A DNA stretch of 64,000 nucleotides from contig JBITNC010000001.1 in the NCBI GenBank assembly GCA_050084985.1, positions 193,254,001 through 193,318,000 on the forward strand. Direction: 5' to 3'. The position numbers and the translations under genes were made by a program. Source of the stretch: Nageia nagi (taxonomy: Eukaryota > Plantae > Pinophyta). Shown piece after piece: positions 26,700 through 41,660 of this stretch; position 1 is the stretch's first letter; each line of letters starts with the position of its first letter. Below the pieces are notes generated by a model, which did no database searches, was not told where the DNA came from, and worked only from the letters and a program-made list of their open reading frames with translations.

Positions 26700-29600
26700 A
26701 CTTTTCTTCAATTTTATGTTGAAGGAAGAAATTTAACTACCATTTTTGTAACCTTTGCCTTGATATCTCCTTTTTAGAAGTTTTGAACTTTGTCACAACC
26801 TTCCATCAATTCTTGATATTGATAGATAGTTTTCCCTATTGCCCATTTTTGGATTTTTTGATGTGCAATCTTAACTTAGGAAATCCAAGAGATATAGCAT
26901 TCATATGCTGCAAAGGCTTCCTTGGGATCTTTTTCTTTTAATTTCCTTTCCAATAGTTCTTTTAAACTTATTTTAAATTCATCATCATTCCTCCATTGGT
27001 TGGATTCATCTAGGATTTGAATATCTATCAAATTAATAATATCCTTATTCTCCTCTTATATTTTATCAGCTTCTTCTTTAAATGCCTGGCACCATTGCTT
27101 TTCATATGAAAACCAATTGAAAAGGAATGAAAACTCTTTGTAAAAATTCAATAATTATTCATCATTAATAAACTCCCTTTCAATTATTTCCACATTTTCT
27201 ACTTCATCTAGCCATTGAGCTGTAAATTTATTTATATCAACTTCAATGCCATGTAACTAAAAATTGATATTGTCAAGGTAAACTAGGTCATGGTATGCAT
27301 TTGGGAAGACTTTGGTTTCTCTATCAATTAATTTATCAATCCTCTTCTCAAATTCACATCATATATTATATTTAGACTTCAATTAGTCTTTATCAACCCC
27401 AAATTCGTCAAACTCCTTGAAAGTTTTCTTCATTTTCTTCATTTCACTTTTGAACTTATTTGCCTCTGATTCCTTCTCCTATGCTAATTTTGTCAATGCT
27501 CAAATCTATAATTTATGTATTTGACTTGATTCCAAGTGGTCCAATGTTATACTTCATAGTGCTAACATTTATTTATCTCTTATCCTTGGGTTTTTTGACA
27601 TTGGTGGAAAGCTTGCCTACTCACAAGGTCTCCTTTCCAAATTCTACCATAGTTGGAAATTTATGGGGAATAGGGACTACTTCTTCACCTGTAGCTTCTA
27701 ACACCTGTTCCTCCTCACTTCCACTACTAATTTCCTCAATTATTTTTAGGCATGCATAAATATCTATATTTTTCAGAAGATTCTTGAAGTTGAGCTGATC
27801 AATGGTTGTGTTATCATTGAACAAGATAATTTACTTATCATGTTCTTCTTATTTTCTTTTCTTTCTCCTCTTTTCTTTCTCTTCATTAGCATTGTCATCT
27901 TCATCATCATCTCCATTGCTATCATCACCAACTATTCTGGATGAATGTTTAGATGAATTCTATGAACTTGAACTTTTATGGGGAGTAAGAGCTTTCTTAG
28001 TCTCAAATCAAGTGATAGGGCACTCTATGGTTTGAGTATATCCCTTGGTGGCTTGTTATAAAGGGATATTTGAAACTATCGCTTCTTAATGGGAGCCTTT
28101 GAGGGTGGAGGAAGAGTAAGTGGTGATCAAATATAAATTGGAAGAACCTTCATGAGAAATATGTACATTTTTTTTTAATCTCCCCTTCTTCTTTAGAATC
28201 AATGATATTTACATATTCTTCCTCCCCTTCTATGTGAGTGTCTGTTGTTGGACCATAATCTTGATATTATTCAAAGTCTTCTTTGGCTTTGTCATTACCC
28301 CCTTCTTGTTCTTCTCCTTGTTCAATTCTATGACTCCTTGATCTTGAGCTACGATTGGAATTTGATTGGTTATCATCATCTAAATCATTGGAGTAGCTAG
28401 AAGAACTATTACTGGAAGAAGGATATCTAGTAGGGCTTGTAGTATGACTTCTTTATCCACTTTCAAATTGAGATTTTGGGTGTACTACCAATGCATTAAT
28501 TATTTTTAAAACATTAACTCCTTGCATTGAGCCGAATTGGTTAAGGTTGGGATCCTTGGTAAAATCTTACTCAATTGTTTGTTAATCTACAGGATGTGAC
28601 AAGTGACACTTAGGACTTTCATCTCTTGATATTCCTTATCTTTTCTCTCTTTATTATTGAGCTAATTATTTTGATATCCTTTGAATCTCCAAATTTGAAT
28701 GCACATTTCTAAATTTTTCCAAATGGACAAGGGATTGATGTTTGTAATTTGTGTGGAACTTTTGACAAAATCTATCAACTATTTTGGTTGGATCATAATT
28801 TATTTTCAATGCATGCTTCTCAAAACCATATCCTTCAATTTCACAATTAAGTGTTTTAGCTTCTAACCAATTATTGTAGTAGTACCATGACAAAGTGATA
28901 GGCATTTTGATGGGTGTTTTTTTCTTCTCTTTAGCAAATTTATCATGAAAATAAAAAGCCTATCTGATAAATTCTAAAAAACCTATTCTATCATTGAGAT
29001 ATCGTAGTAATTTGAGGTGAGCCACATCCCTGCCAAACACTTTGATGTAAGAATTATCAAATTCTTCTAAGTAAAAATCAATAAACCTTTTCAAAAAGTA
29101 ACACACTTCAATGGAAATTCTGAGCACATGTTGTGGTCCTTTCATCTCCTTAATTATGGTATATTCCCATTCCTCTATTCTCATTTGAATATAGCTCCAC
29201 TCTTTAGCCTTATAGAACTTGGGGTAGCCCATATAAATAGTCTCCTTTATATTCAAAATAATCTTTTTAATACCATGGGCCCTTGGTTGATTCTTGCCTT
29301 TGAGTAGTAAAAAGACTAAATATGACATATAAAAGAAGGATCTTGTCTTGTTGACTTCTTTGAGTTGCTCAATCATACCCTTAATAATAGCCTGACTCCA
29401 GTGTATGTTATCTCCTTTGTTAACTTTATACAAGGAAATAAACAAATCCTTCTTGAAATGAATGTAAGTAAATTTACCCAAGATCCTGCATAAGAATTTG
29501 ATGGCTTTGTTTGATGTATCATGCAATAGGCATCTTTGAGCTTTCATTACAACTTGATGAGCTAGGCCATGATTTTTTGATTTGAATAAATATCAAATGA

Positions 29601-30040
29601 AGTCACTGGGCCTATATTTGTTATTGTATTCTTCATATTTCTAATTAGCATCTTCTTGAGTGAAAATAATCCCTCGGTTAGACCAACCCATAGCTTTCTC
29701 AATACCTTCTTTGGTCAAATCTGAAATAATTATTCCTTTTGCATCAATGACCACTCATCTCATGAAATAAGTATGCTCTGCTACTTCCAAAACCAACTCT
29801 AGAAAGTTTCCTAAAAATGGAATAATTGTGGTTGTAAAGAGTCTCTAGGAATGGAGGACATCTTTTTCTCTAACTTCTTTGGGAATACTCTTTGCTTCTC
29901 TCAACATAAAAATTGGGTCAGTATGATTCCATTTTGGGTCTCTTATGTTCTCTATCCTATCATAGTAATGGACTCTTTATTTTACTTTCCCATACTTCTT
30001 AAATTCTATGAAATTGCTCTTCGAAAGTCAAGAGTAGCCA
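26700..30040 (-). pseudogene. Decayed ~3.3-kb extra ORF of an LTR retrotransposon, function unknown
   Basis: Collinear fragments at 28960-29547, 28666-28905 and 27621-27824 (IHWSQAI...MIEQLKEVNKTRSFFYMSYLVFLL; YIKVFG....LKLLRYLNDRI..LEFIR), followed by acidic/low-complexity and coiled-coil segments. It ends just before a purine tract (aaaggggattaaaga on minus) and an LTR-like terminus at 26660. Confidence 0.6.
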
Positions 30041-33000
30041 TTAGAATCCTTCTTTGATTTTCTCATCCTAAAAATAACTAGGGTCAAGTTTAGCCATCAT
30101 TTCAAGACAAGGTAAATAAGTGCAATTTTATCAAAATTTTATTTTTCAAAAATTACTATTTTTTATTTAATTGCATTGAATTATCAACATAAGTGTGTGC
30201 GATAAGCAAATTTACTTTACGTATGATCTTATTATGATGTGATAATGTAACACTTTAGTTGCATTGGATTGAAATCAAACTCAACATGACTATAATAACT
30301 CTTAGTCACTGTGAGGCAAGATACATCCCAATGTAATGAGAAATTGCCTTGGCATTTTTCATGAATTTAGTCCCTTCAAAGTTTAATGTGAGATGATGCG
30401 ACTATGATATATTCAAGTCACTTTGAATTGAAGACCTAAAGGATGCAACTATATCATGGTTTAGTCACTAGGAGTACAAGGATAATTCCATGCCATAATT
30501 GAAAACTTCATTTTATCATATGACTTTAGTTGCTACAAATATGATTTTAAATTAGTGTGATAGAAAAAGGTCATGGTGGAGATCAATCTAGCGCAATAAA
30601 AGTATACTTAGTCGCTATGAGTGAATGTGGAAGATGATGTGACAAAGGTAAATAAGGTCTGATTAGGCTAAGTCATATAGACCTTAATCTCTTTGTTTAG
30701 CTCAAAATAACTTGTAATGAATTATGGCATCAGGAATCTTAATCACTTTGGATTAAACTTCAAAACCTTGCGACAATGGATACTACTTCAGATAGCTTCT
30801 CAACTCAATGCGAGCACTTTGAACACCTTGGTTACTCTAACTAGATAGGTAAGACACTCTAAAAAAGGCATAAATAAAATGTTAGATGATAAATGAAGGG
30901 TCTTTTTGACTATTTATAGGCCAAAGCGATGTGAGGAGACATGTGTCGATGATTGAGATTGAGAAGCCCTAGATCAAATGGTAGAGGAGAAATGAGCAAG
31001 GGGCATTTGGTCGAAGTGAGTTGCTCATGAAGATAAAGTGAATAGTCACTTCAAATAACTTCTATAATGGATGCAACCAAAGGGCTTAATAATCATGTTA
31101 AGATGAAAATCATCAATTTTTCAAAAATATATTCAAAAATCATCGATTTGTCTATGTGGATGTGATAAAAGGAACCAAAATATATTAAAAAATCATAGAT
31201 TTTTCATTTGGTTTTGGAAATGAAAATCTTTTTTTTGCTTTTAGGTCATATTGAGAATCGACTTCCACTTTTTAGTGTCTAGAATGAACACTTAACTTTG
31301 AAAATGGGATTTTGATGTCCATCATTCAACGGTTGAGCATGATTGAGTTTCACTTATGTCTAAGGTAGTCATTTATGATCAAGCTCGTAGGGTGTTATTC
31401 AATAGTTTCATTGAAACTGATTTCCATGTTAATGTCTAGAATATGCGCTTGCCTTTAAGGTGAAAGATGCTACCCAATGGTCTAAAACTCTTTTTATGAT
31501 AAAAAGATATGATCTTGATAAACTTATTTTTGGATTTTTCATTTTTTATTTTTTTATGTATTTTTGTTAATAGATGTAAAAAACATTAATAACAATACTT
31601 TTCCTAGATACCTAAATCAAGGAAAAAGTTTGAACAAAAATAATGATCAAAAATTGGGTGGTAACTGAATTCTAGAGAAATGTGAATCTAAGCCTTGAGA
31701 GTAAATTAGCTAGGGTTTAGAGCATTAGCACTTTGAATTCATTTGATCAATATTGTGTGAGGAATTCTCCATGGATGCCCATGGATTGAGATAACAATCA
31801 ACTTTTTTTATTTATCCTTTTTTATCCTCTTTGTATGATTTTGGAAGGTTTTGTTATATTTATCATTATTGTGGGCTTCTCTTATATCCTTATTGGAGAA
31901 TCTTAGAGAATATGTAACCTTTTACCTCTTCAAATATATATTTGAATTATTTGATCTCTTGAGCTTTGTAAATATAATTAAAATCATTTGGAACATAACT
32001 AAATAGTTATAATCATACCCAATAGATTGTAATGTTCTTATCTTGTATTTCATGCATGTGGATAAGTTAGATTATGGTTTTTTTTATTAACAAATCAAAT
32101 CTTTATATCATAATTAGATGTGGGTATTCTTGTTTGCATCTTTTAGGTACAATTGTTTGAAGGAGGAAGCAAACATATGAAGGAGCATAAAGCATGAAAT
32201 CTTGATCATCGATAAAATCTTAATTCTAATTTATTATATTAATCATATAAGATAAATCATCATTTCCTTGAGTTATTCAATAATGGATTTGTTTATCTCT
32301 TTATGTAGGAAATATTAAGGTTACAAATAAGTAGTGATGAGAAACACTAGTCATACCCAATAATGAGAAATACAAAATGTATTTAATATTTTATATCAAA
32401 AGTCCAAATTAATTTCTCAACCAAGCCTTTCTTCTTTCATAAATGAGTTCCTTCTCTAGCCAAGACATATTTCTTAGTGCAACTTGGACCTCATACCATA
32501 AAAGAAAGAAAGGGGTGAAATATATAATAATCATCAATAATTTATCAAATATAACAATAATATTTTAAACAACATCTTCCAAAGCACATATGTGATCATT
32601 ACTTAAAGATATAATAGTAATATTTAGAGCAATAATCAACATCATATGTGTGCATAATATTGTAATGGTAATACTCAATTCCCTATTCATGGATAGAAAC
32701 CATCACAGTAGAACCAAGCGCTCCATTCATGGATGTATGCATTAATATTTTATCATAAAAAATATAGCGATAAAGAGCAAGGACAAAATTAATATAATAT
32801 GTAAACATCATCATGGAAGAAAAAAACACTCTATTCATAGATATATCATCATATAAGGACCTAATTCCCCATTCATAGATGCATACATATGATCATAAAA
32901 AAGAATAATCATAGTTATTGTTAGTTTATACCCAACCAACAAAGTTGATCATAACATATGAGAGTCACATCATCATGGAAGCAACAAGTTACCCCATTCA

Positions 33001-34329
33001 TGGATGCACATCATCATGGTAGAAAAATGATGCCCCATTCATGGATATCTTATAAAGGTGATGGTTATTTTTTTTACACCCAACAAGGACATATATATAT
33101 CAAAAAGGTTGATAGTTATTTTTTCATCCACCCAATAAGGACATATCTATACAAGCCACTAATTTATTATAGTTCATACATTAACACATCAAAACATACA
33201 ACATGCATATCATATAAAATCATAATTATAAAAAATTAAGAGAGAAATTTTCCTATCAAATGCCTAAGATAATGCCCCCAAGTCTTGATTTCTAAGCTTA
33301 ATTGCAAAATACAATAGTGTTAATGCTACTCGTAGCATCGATGTTGAGTATTATACACCAGATAGCTTTGAAATTCTGATTCTAATTATTAATAACTAAT
33401 TCTACCTTTCTTATATACTCAAAATTGATACTTGTTTCATCTAATCTTAAAATCCCTTTAAACTACCCAACTTAACCAAAATACATTACATATCTCAGTG
33501 CTAACACTTACAGATGTATGGACATTAGTAATAGTGCCCATGTTCATGAAATAACCAAATCACAAAAAATATGGAAACAACCTATCTTGCAATGGAGATT
33601 ATCAATTTTGTAAAATTTAATATTTTTGACAAAGAAAGAGTGATGAACTACAACATGTCATGATAAATGTGTCCTAATTTTACTTTATATATGCCAACTT
33701 TATTTTTCATTTTGCACAATTACTATTTTGTATTGAAGCTCTTATTTGAGAAGGGTTTCCTTACATTATTTCAAGGGTTTTCATTTTGTTGGAGGATATC
33801 TCAAAGGTTTTAGTCTTTTTCTATCCTATACTACCCCCAACATTTAGCCCTATTTCCCTCAATTCAATCAAAATGAACATTGCAAAGAAAGAGAACCATT
33901 AAGCATATTTATTGCACAACAATAGGGTTTCTATACACATCGTGAATTTTCTATACCCTATGAGTTAAAATTTTAAGTCTTCATTTTAATTGTAGTCTAA
34001 ATGTTTAAATTACGAAGTTAAAATATAGGATTAAGGTTTTATCACTAGGGCTAGCATATTTTCCATATTTTTATGCTTATTTTGTGTAAATTCCATATTT
34101 TTTATTATACAAATATCATGTAATATAATATATTATAATTTTAAATAAAATGGTATGAATGCTACTATTGGTGTTGCAGTTGGTTTAATTTCCTAGGGGT
34201 ATATCATATACTTCCTTATAATGCTTATGTCATATTTGCGAATATTTTTTATTTTATTATTTTCAAAAAACATATCATGCAAAAGTGAGAGACTAACACA
34301 TACCTTTGTGTTTATGTATGCAATGTAGA

Positions 34330-36050
34330 TAATACCTGATGGAGCCTAAGACTAGGAGTACCAGTTGGCTCAATGTACAGGTGTGGTTCACCAAAATTGG
34401 CATGAATGACCTTGCATTGGTATATCAAATTGGAATGGGCTACTTATCCATGCCCCCTATGTGAAAGTTTACCAAGAAATGCTTATGGCCATAATGGAGC
34501 AGTGGTTTGAAACCATCAATAAATTTCACCTTACAACATGTGAAATTGCCTATACTTTTGAGGATATACATCGCATCCTATGTATCGCAAAGGGAGTAGT
34601 AGTGCAAATACAAGAGTGTCTTACAAATAGACTCAAATATGAGTTAGATATATGGGCAACATGGATTGAGGAATAACATGTAATCAAGAAGGGAACTTAT
34701 TTACACATAATGTTGAAGAGGAAAGTGAATAAACTTGGGGATGTGAGACTCATTATGGTGATATTTATTGATAGTATTGCATACCAATACAAAAATCATG
34801 AGGTGTTTTGACTTGGGTTAATTCCTGTGGTTCAAGGGATGTGTAATGTTGTGAGATACACATGAGCTCCTTATATTTTGGCACAATTATACCATGATAT
34901 GCATAACTTCATGATGGTTGAAAAGGGTGGAAAATAGATAGCACACTCATTCCTTTTACAATGTTGGGCCTATAAACACATAAATATATTTTTATCTCAA
35001 TATCCACCTATTCTAATGATGACTAAGGATTACCATGCATGGTATTATTGGGTAAAACATGGATGTGTGATAAGGTGACACAAAAGTATTGAGGCATAGT
35101 GAAGAGTAGTTGATAATCTAAATGTAGGGGATATGATAAATCTACCATGTGGTTATATGAATAGGGAAGATGAACCTAATGGTGAGCTAGGCTGCCAAAG
35201 GAAACGTTTTTTATATTCATACCTTGGTAAACCCTTCAAGATGATGGCTCATGCAATGATATTGATATAGAAGTAGAAAACAAACTAATGTTTGACCAAG
35301 AATACATAGACTTGTGGGTTACGACTCTACCAAATATAAAGGATGACTTAGAAGTTATGATAGAGGGTGAGAGTGAGGAAGATGAAGATCAGCCTATGGT
35401 AAATGAAGAAGAAGAGGATGACCAACCGGGTGGGGTTAACCAAGAAATGGAAGAAATGGATACATAAGGTGATCAAAAGGAAGAAGAAGAAGATCCTAAG
35501 CCCCAAGTCCTAACAATCATCCACTATCACATGCATAAGAACTACTAGAGAATGAAATTGGTAAGCCTCATACTCATACCTACAAGTGAGTACTTCCAAT
35601 TGTAATTTATAATCAAACATATCAAAGACAAAAATATATTATTTCAATATCCCAATAAAAACATGACTTGGAGGCAAAAAAAAGTAGCAAAAATGAATGT
35701 TGAGGATGAAATTATAGAGCTAAAGAGTGCACTCAAAATCAAATAAGGAAAGAAAAAAGAAATGCAACACAAATTTTCCACACTTGAGAAAGCTCATGAA
35801 GGTATACAAAAAATTGAAGCAACAACAGAAGGAAATGAAATTGTTGGTGTCATGAAAGAGGTGCTAAAATGTATAGATAAAATCAAATAATTAATGTAAG
35901 GCAAATCCAATTTTCAAGTATAAGTGATAGCACTAGAGGAACAAATAAGGTTCAAGAGACCTATCCTATTTAGGACATCCAAATCTAAGAGAATTTCTTT
36001 TATTAGGAGTGAAAGAGGCTCAACTAGCCATGGTAGTGTGAGGGAAAATT
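34330..36050 (+). pseudogene. PMD ORF relic 3 with acidic tract and coiled-coil tail
   Basis: MLMAIMEQWFETINKFHLTTCEIAYTFEDIHRIL (ORF 34461-34676) and LQCWAYKHI at ~34956-34982. Acidic tract at ~35365-35495. Confidence 0.85.
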
Positions 36051-37149
36051 GACTTTTAGACTAGTATGATGTACTAGAAAATTATATAATGTATATTTTG
36101 ACCTTTGACATAATGAAAAATTGGCCCCTTTTATCTCAAAAATGTGTTTTATATTATTTATTATGTGTATAATTTTTGATTTTCTTGTCAACTACATAAA
36201 AATATTATACAAATTAACAATGTTATGCATTTAACATTATAAAATAACTTAACATAACCTAACATGAAGTTTTAAACACAAAACACTTCCCTTTTTAAAA
36301 AAAACTAGACAAACGATCCCAACGTTAGTGCTAGGGACAATAAGGGGAAATGACACCAAATTCACTATGCAACCTTTTGGATATGTTGTATCATAAAATT
36401 TTATATTCTAACCCAAAGTGTAACATAAAAACCATCATGACAAAATCTATCCTATGTTCCCTAAGAGACCTAAGGAAAATCAATTCAAATCTTTTAATAA
36501 AATTTTATAAAATTACATAACAATAAGACATATATGTGACAATGAACTACATTTGTTCACAAAAAGATAAAGGAATAATAGCATTGTCGTTATAATAGCA
36601 TACTTAAATCCCATTAGGCTATAAAATCCTAAACCCATATGAAATATCCTCTAAAAATTATGAAATCAAAAAACATAAAATCATCAAAAAAACTAACACC
36701 AACAAACCCAACAAAAATTGCTCAAAAATTGATAACCCATGTTTTTCCTATTTTTAATCATTAATTCAAAATCATGACTAAATCAATCGCATTAAACACA
36801 TAATCCAAAAATAAAAATAAATACCAATTTTCAAATTATACTAAAACAACTAGTGTTAGTGCTGGACTAAATATCAAAGCTAGCAAATATTCCACAATCA
36901 AAATAAAATACAAGTGTATACCTCAATCCAATGAAGAACAAAACATTTTTAGAAGAATTAATAAAATAAATAACAAAATAACCTAGCATTAATACTTGTT
37001 CCAACATCAAGGCTAGGGTTAAAAATAAAAATACACAAACAAATAAATGATAATAAAATACTAGCTAAGATTTAACTAACAATGATAAGAATAATAATTA
37101 ACAAATTTTGTACCATTTTGTTGAGCATGTTTGAATCCAATTACAAAGT

Positions 37150-39010
37150 TTATGGATGAATCTTTGGCCTTGATGAAATTTTTAAAATGATTCTTAAAGA
37201 TTCCCATATTTGTTTTTGCTCAAGTTGAGGTCCTTGAAGCTTTCTTAATTTTTCTTTTGCATCCTTCTTGTCTTTCTTATCTTTTTTTATTATTTTTTGG
37301 AGGAAAAGCAACTTTATCCTTATAAATAAAATCTTGGATCTTATGGAGCAAATCCATGCAATATTTAGTTGCACTCCCCTTTTTCAATGATACAAAATTA
37401 ATCATATTTGCATTCACTTGGTAGCACTCAGTAAAAGGCTAGTTGAGATTGAGATGAAGTCAATTTTTGAAGCATCTTATTTTGAAATAAGATATTCACC
37501 ACTTCATCTATATTCTCATATATTTGTGTAAACTTTATTCTTGGAAAGGATTGATATTACATATGTATTATTTTCTCTTCCTTATTTTTCTCAACTTTTT
37601 TCTCTTCTTTCTTTAGAACCACCTTTTTTTCTTCTTACTTCTCAATCTTAGCCACCATATTAGCTTCTTGTGTAATATCATTCTTATGTATTGAGGTTGT
37701 GATGGTGCCTTCTCCCTTTTTGATAGATTTTCTTATTTTCATTCACCATACCTAATAAGAAATTTCTCCCTTTTCATGATTTTATTCAAAAATTCATCCA
37801 AAGGAAACTTTAAATAATCAAAATATGTTGCCTTATATTTATGATGCAAAAAATCCATAAAGGCCACAATCTTCATCTTATCCTTCACATCAATTAGGTT
37901 TGTTGTTCTTATCCAATACTTCATAATTAACTCAATATATTGCACATATATTTTCTTTATATGCAACAAATCAATGTATATGACCTCTTTTGGAATATTC
38001 ATCTTATAAAAAATTATAAACACCTTCTTGAGTTGCTTCAAATTGCCAATACTTCCATGTGCTAACTTATTGAACCATAAAAGAGTTCTCCCATCAAATA
38101 TAAAGGAAATAATTTTTCATGCAAATCTTCATCCAAAGCAATAAAATATGCACATTGTGTTATAGAATAACCACTACCATCATACTTATATAACTTTAGA
38201 GTCTTCTCTATTTGGACCATGTTTTCTAATCCTCATATATAAAGGATGATTACTCTCCTCTATTTTTTCCTCTATAATACCCCATGCATTCATCATATTT
38301 TGAAGTGCCATAAGTTCTTCTCTAACATAATTTGATTCTAAAATTTTCCCTTAACCTTTTTATTTAGTTGGATCTAGACATTGCGCTTCAAGATCTACAT
38401 CTTTTGGAATACAATCAAATGTCCTAATATGAACTTGTGGGACTGTATGCTCAAATGCTTACCTTCTAGAATCTCTATCTTTCTTGAGTCCTTTTGTCAC
38501 AAAATTGATATAGGAAATCATATTATCATAAGAAAATTTAAAAAACTCTTTTTCCCTTAATTTTTGAGTCTCACAACATTTAATATCTTCTTCTTGACTC
38601 CATCCAAAAGTAGGATGAATAGCTTGGGAAATTAAGAAATGAAGTTGCCTCTTTTATTCTTCCTTTGGCTTTATGTCCTCTCCTTTTTCAATATTAGCTT
38701 GCATGATCTCTTTACCTATAGACTCAAAAATTACAGTTCTAGTGTTATAATTATCTTTGACTTTTTGTATCTAATCTTTAAAATATGTAATTCTCATATC
38801 AATATCCCATTAGGAAACATATGTTATTTCTTTTTCATGAAGAAATATACTCTTGATCATATTATCTTTAGACGACCAATTGGGATAAGGCTGATCAATT
38901 TTGTCCATTACCTTTTGAAGTTTTGCATGCTTTTTTGTTGTCTCTTCATTACCTACATCAAAATCAACATCTTCACCCTCTTTTTTCATCCAAATATTCA
39001 ACATTATAAA
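37150..39010 (-). pseudogene. Retrotransposon gag relic
   Basis: GRTLLWFNKLAHGSIGNLKQLKKVF at ~38020-38093, continuing into ORF 37739-38041; Lys-rich C-terminus. Confidence 0.75.
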
Positions 39011-41149
39011 TTTAGGAAACTAATGGAAACTCTTATATTTTCTTAACTAGATACTCTTATTTATGTTATTCATTATTCTATTGCTCTTATTTAGCCTTTT
39101 TTTGAAATAATTCTCCTAATGTAGCCTAAGGCACAACATCAATGTTATCCTCCATAACAACAACAAGTTTTTTTTTTCAACAACCACCTTTGCATCCTCT
39201 TTAGTATTTTTAGGCTAAACCTCCTCAACATTTACCAAATAAACCTATGCACTAATTACACTAGGAGAATCCATGATATGATATTTAGTACTTAGTAATT
39301 GATTTAGTTGTGGCAATTCAAAACATTATGTAAAGAACCCAAAATTCAACTTCCCTGGAGTCATAGTCATCCCATTTGCACTTTTACTCCTTTGAAGAGA
39401 AACCTCCTTATTATGACATAATGATTTTTATTTAACCACTTTTGTATATTCTTCAATGACTTCAACCACATAATCCTTATCTATGATAGGTAACTCTTTA
39501 AGCAAGTTGATAAATCAACATATATTCTCTCTAGAAATCATAACATGCTTGAATGTATTATCATCAATCAATGTTGTTATAATATCCTCATGTACAATGA
39601 TAAAACTTTGATAGCCTCCTCATGTAGAATGATACTTCATTTATAGGCAAGTGAAATCCTGCTTGGTATGCTTGGAGCTTAGCATCGATGCTTGGGTACC
39701 TTGTACAAAATAAAAGAAAAGTCACATGAGAAGATGTTAATAATGGTTTAACATAAAATAATTATGTAATATTGTAATATAACATCACACTTAATACAAA
39801 CACCTAAGGGTGATCAAAATTAAGAGTCAAAAAATACCCCTCTTTTCAAATTTAATGAAATGAATGAAGTGAAATGTAATTATATTTTCAAAGAAGAATA
39901 AAAAGAAAAAGTGAAAAAAATAATACTCTCTTGTTCTTTTCATGAAGCTCTAAAGTCATTAAGGTTTGATGATAGTTTCTACCTCCTCTTTGTATTTAAT
40001 GTAGAGAGGTAATCTCTTTAATAAATCAAAATAATCAAGTACAAAGAATAACCTGTAAACAATGAAACAAAAAATAATACCTTCCAAAGAATATATGTGA
40101 TCATTACTTAAAGATATAGTTGTAACAGTTAGAGTAATAATCAACATCATAAGGGTGCATAATATCATCATGAAAATAATCAATTCCCTATTTATGGATG
40201 AAAAGAATCATATTAGAACCAACCATTCCATTCATGGACTTATTCATTTATGTTTCATCACAAAATATATAGTGATAAAGAGCAAAGATGAAATCAATAT
40301 AATATATAAACATCTTTATACAAGCAAAAAGCACACTATTCATATATACATATTGTCATATCTAAGGATGTAATATCCCATTCATATAAGCATACATATA
40401 ATCATAAAAAAGAGCAATCATAATGATGGTTAGTTTGTACCCAACAAACAAAGGTGATCATAACATTTGAGATTCACATCCTTGTGGAAGTAACAAGTTT
40501 CCCCATTCATGGATGCACATTATCATGGTAGCAAAAATATGCCCCATTCATGGATGTCTGATAAAGATGATGGTTTTTTTTCATCCACCCAACAAGAACA
40601 TATTCATATTGATGGTTTTTTTTAGTCCACTCAACAAGGATATAAAGGTGTTAGCGTAAATATTATGCAAAATAAAAGGTTGATAGTTATTTTTCATTCA
40701 TACAACAAGGATATATGCATATAAAAAAGGTAAATGGTTATTTATTATCCACCTAATAAGGGCATATCTAAACAAGCCACTAGTTTATTGTAATTCACAT
40801 CATAACACATCAAAACATGCAACACACATATCATATCAAATCATGATATCATAATTACAAAATGATAAGAGATAAAAACAATTTCTATCAAATGTCTAAG
40901 GGAATTCCCCCAGGTCTTGCATTTCTGAGCTTAATTGCAAAATACACCAATGTTAACACTATTGGTAGCATCGATGTTGAGTATTATACAACAAATAACT
41001 CTAAAATTTCTTATTTTGACTACCAATAATTGATTCTACCTTTCTTACTTACAACTAGTATATGTTTCATTTGATCCTGAAATCCCTGTAAACTATGCAA
41101 CTTAACCAAACTAAAATGCATATATCAATGCTAATAAATTATTGAGTTT

Positions 41150-41640
41150 ATTTTTTAAATAATAAGGATGATTATTTGAGTGTTTTCAATATTTTTAAAT
41201 CTTATGTGGATAATAAAAGTGGGTATAAGATCAATTCTATGAGAAATGACCAAGGTAGAGAGTATTATTCTAATAAGTCCAAAAAATGGCATTAAGAGGC
41301 AACTCACATCCTCATACCAACCTCTATAAAATATGGTGGCTAAGAGTAAGAACTATACTATTGTCCAAATAGAAAGGATCATGCTTCAAACTAAGGAGCT
41401 AAATAATTCCTATACAAACTTATATTAATAATACAAGTCTAAAAGTTTTATTAATAAGATGACTCCTCACAAAGCATGGTATCAAAAAAATATTAATATC
41501 ATTCACTTTAAATTCTTAGTTTATTAAACCTTTATTCATGTTAGTGATAAAACAAAATTCTAAAGATTGAACCTAGCATCTAATTTGGATATTCTAAAAG
41601 TAGCAAAATGTATAGGCTTTACAACTCAAAGCACAAGGTG
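41150..41640 (+). mobile_element. Ty1/Copia integrase relic
   Basis: QLTSSYQPL*NMVAKSKNYTIV...RIML (TPQQNGVAERKNRT), TPHKAW (TP.EAW) and SKMYRLYN. Confidence 0.75.
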
Positions 41641-41660
41641 TTTCCCTTAAGGGAATTTAT

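Larger units (their letters stand above)
32576..41135 (-). mobile_element. Probable second pol-less LTR element: direct repeats flanking gag (-) and PMD (+)
   Basis: About 0.9-1.05 kb direct repeats at ~32576-33505 and ~40081-41135, with internal ccccattcatggat subrepeats. TG..CA termini and TSD not resolved. Confidence 0.6.
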
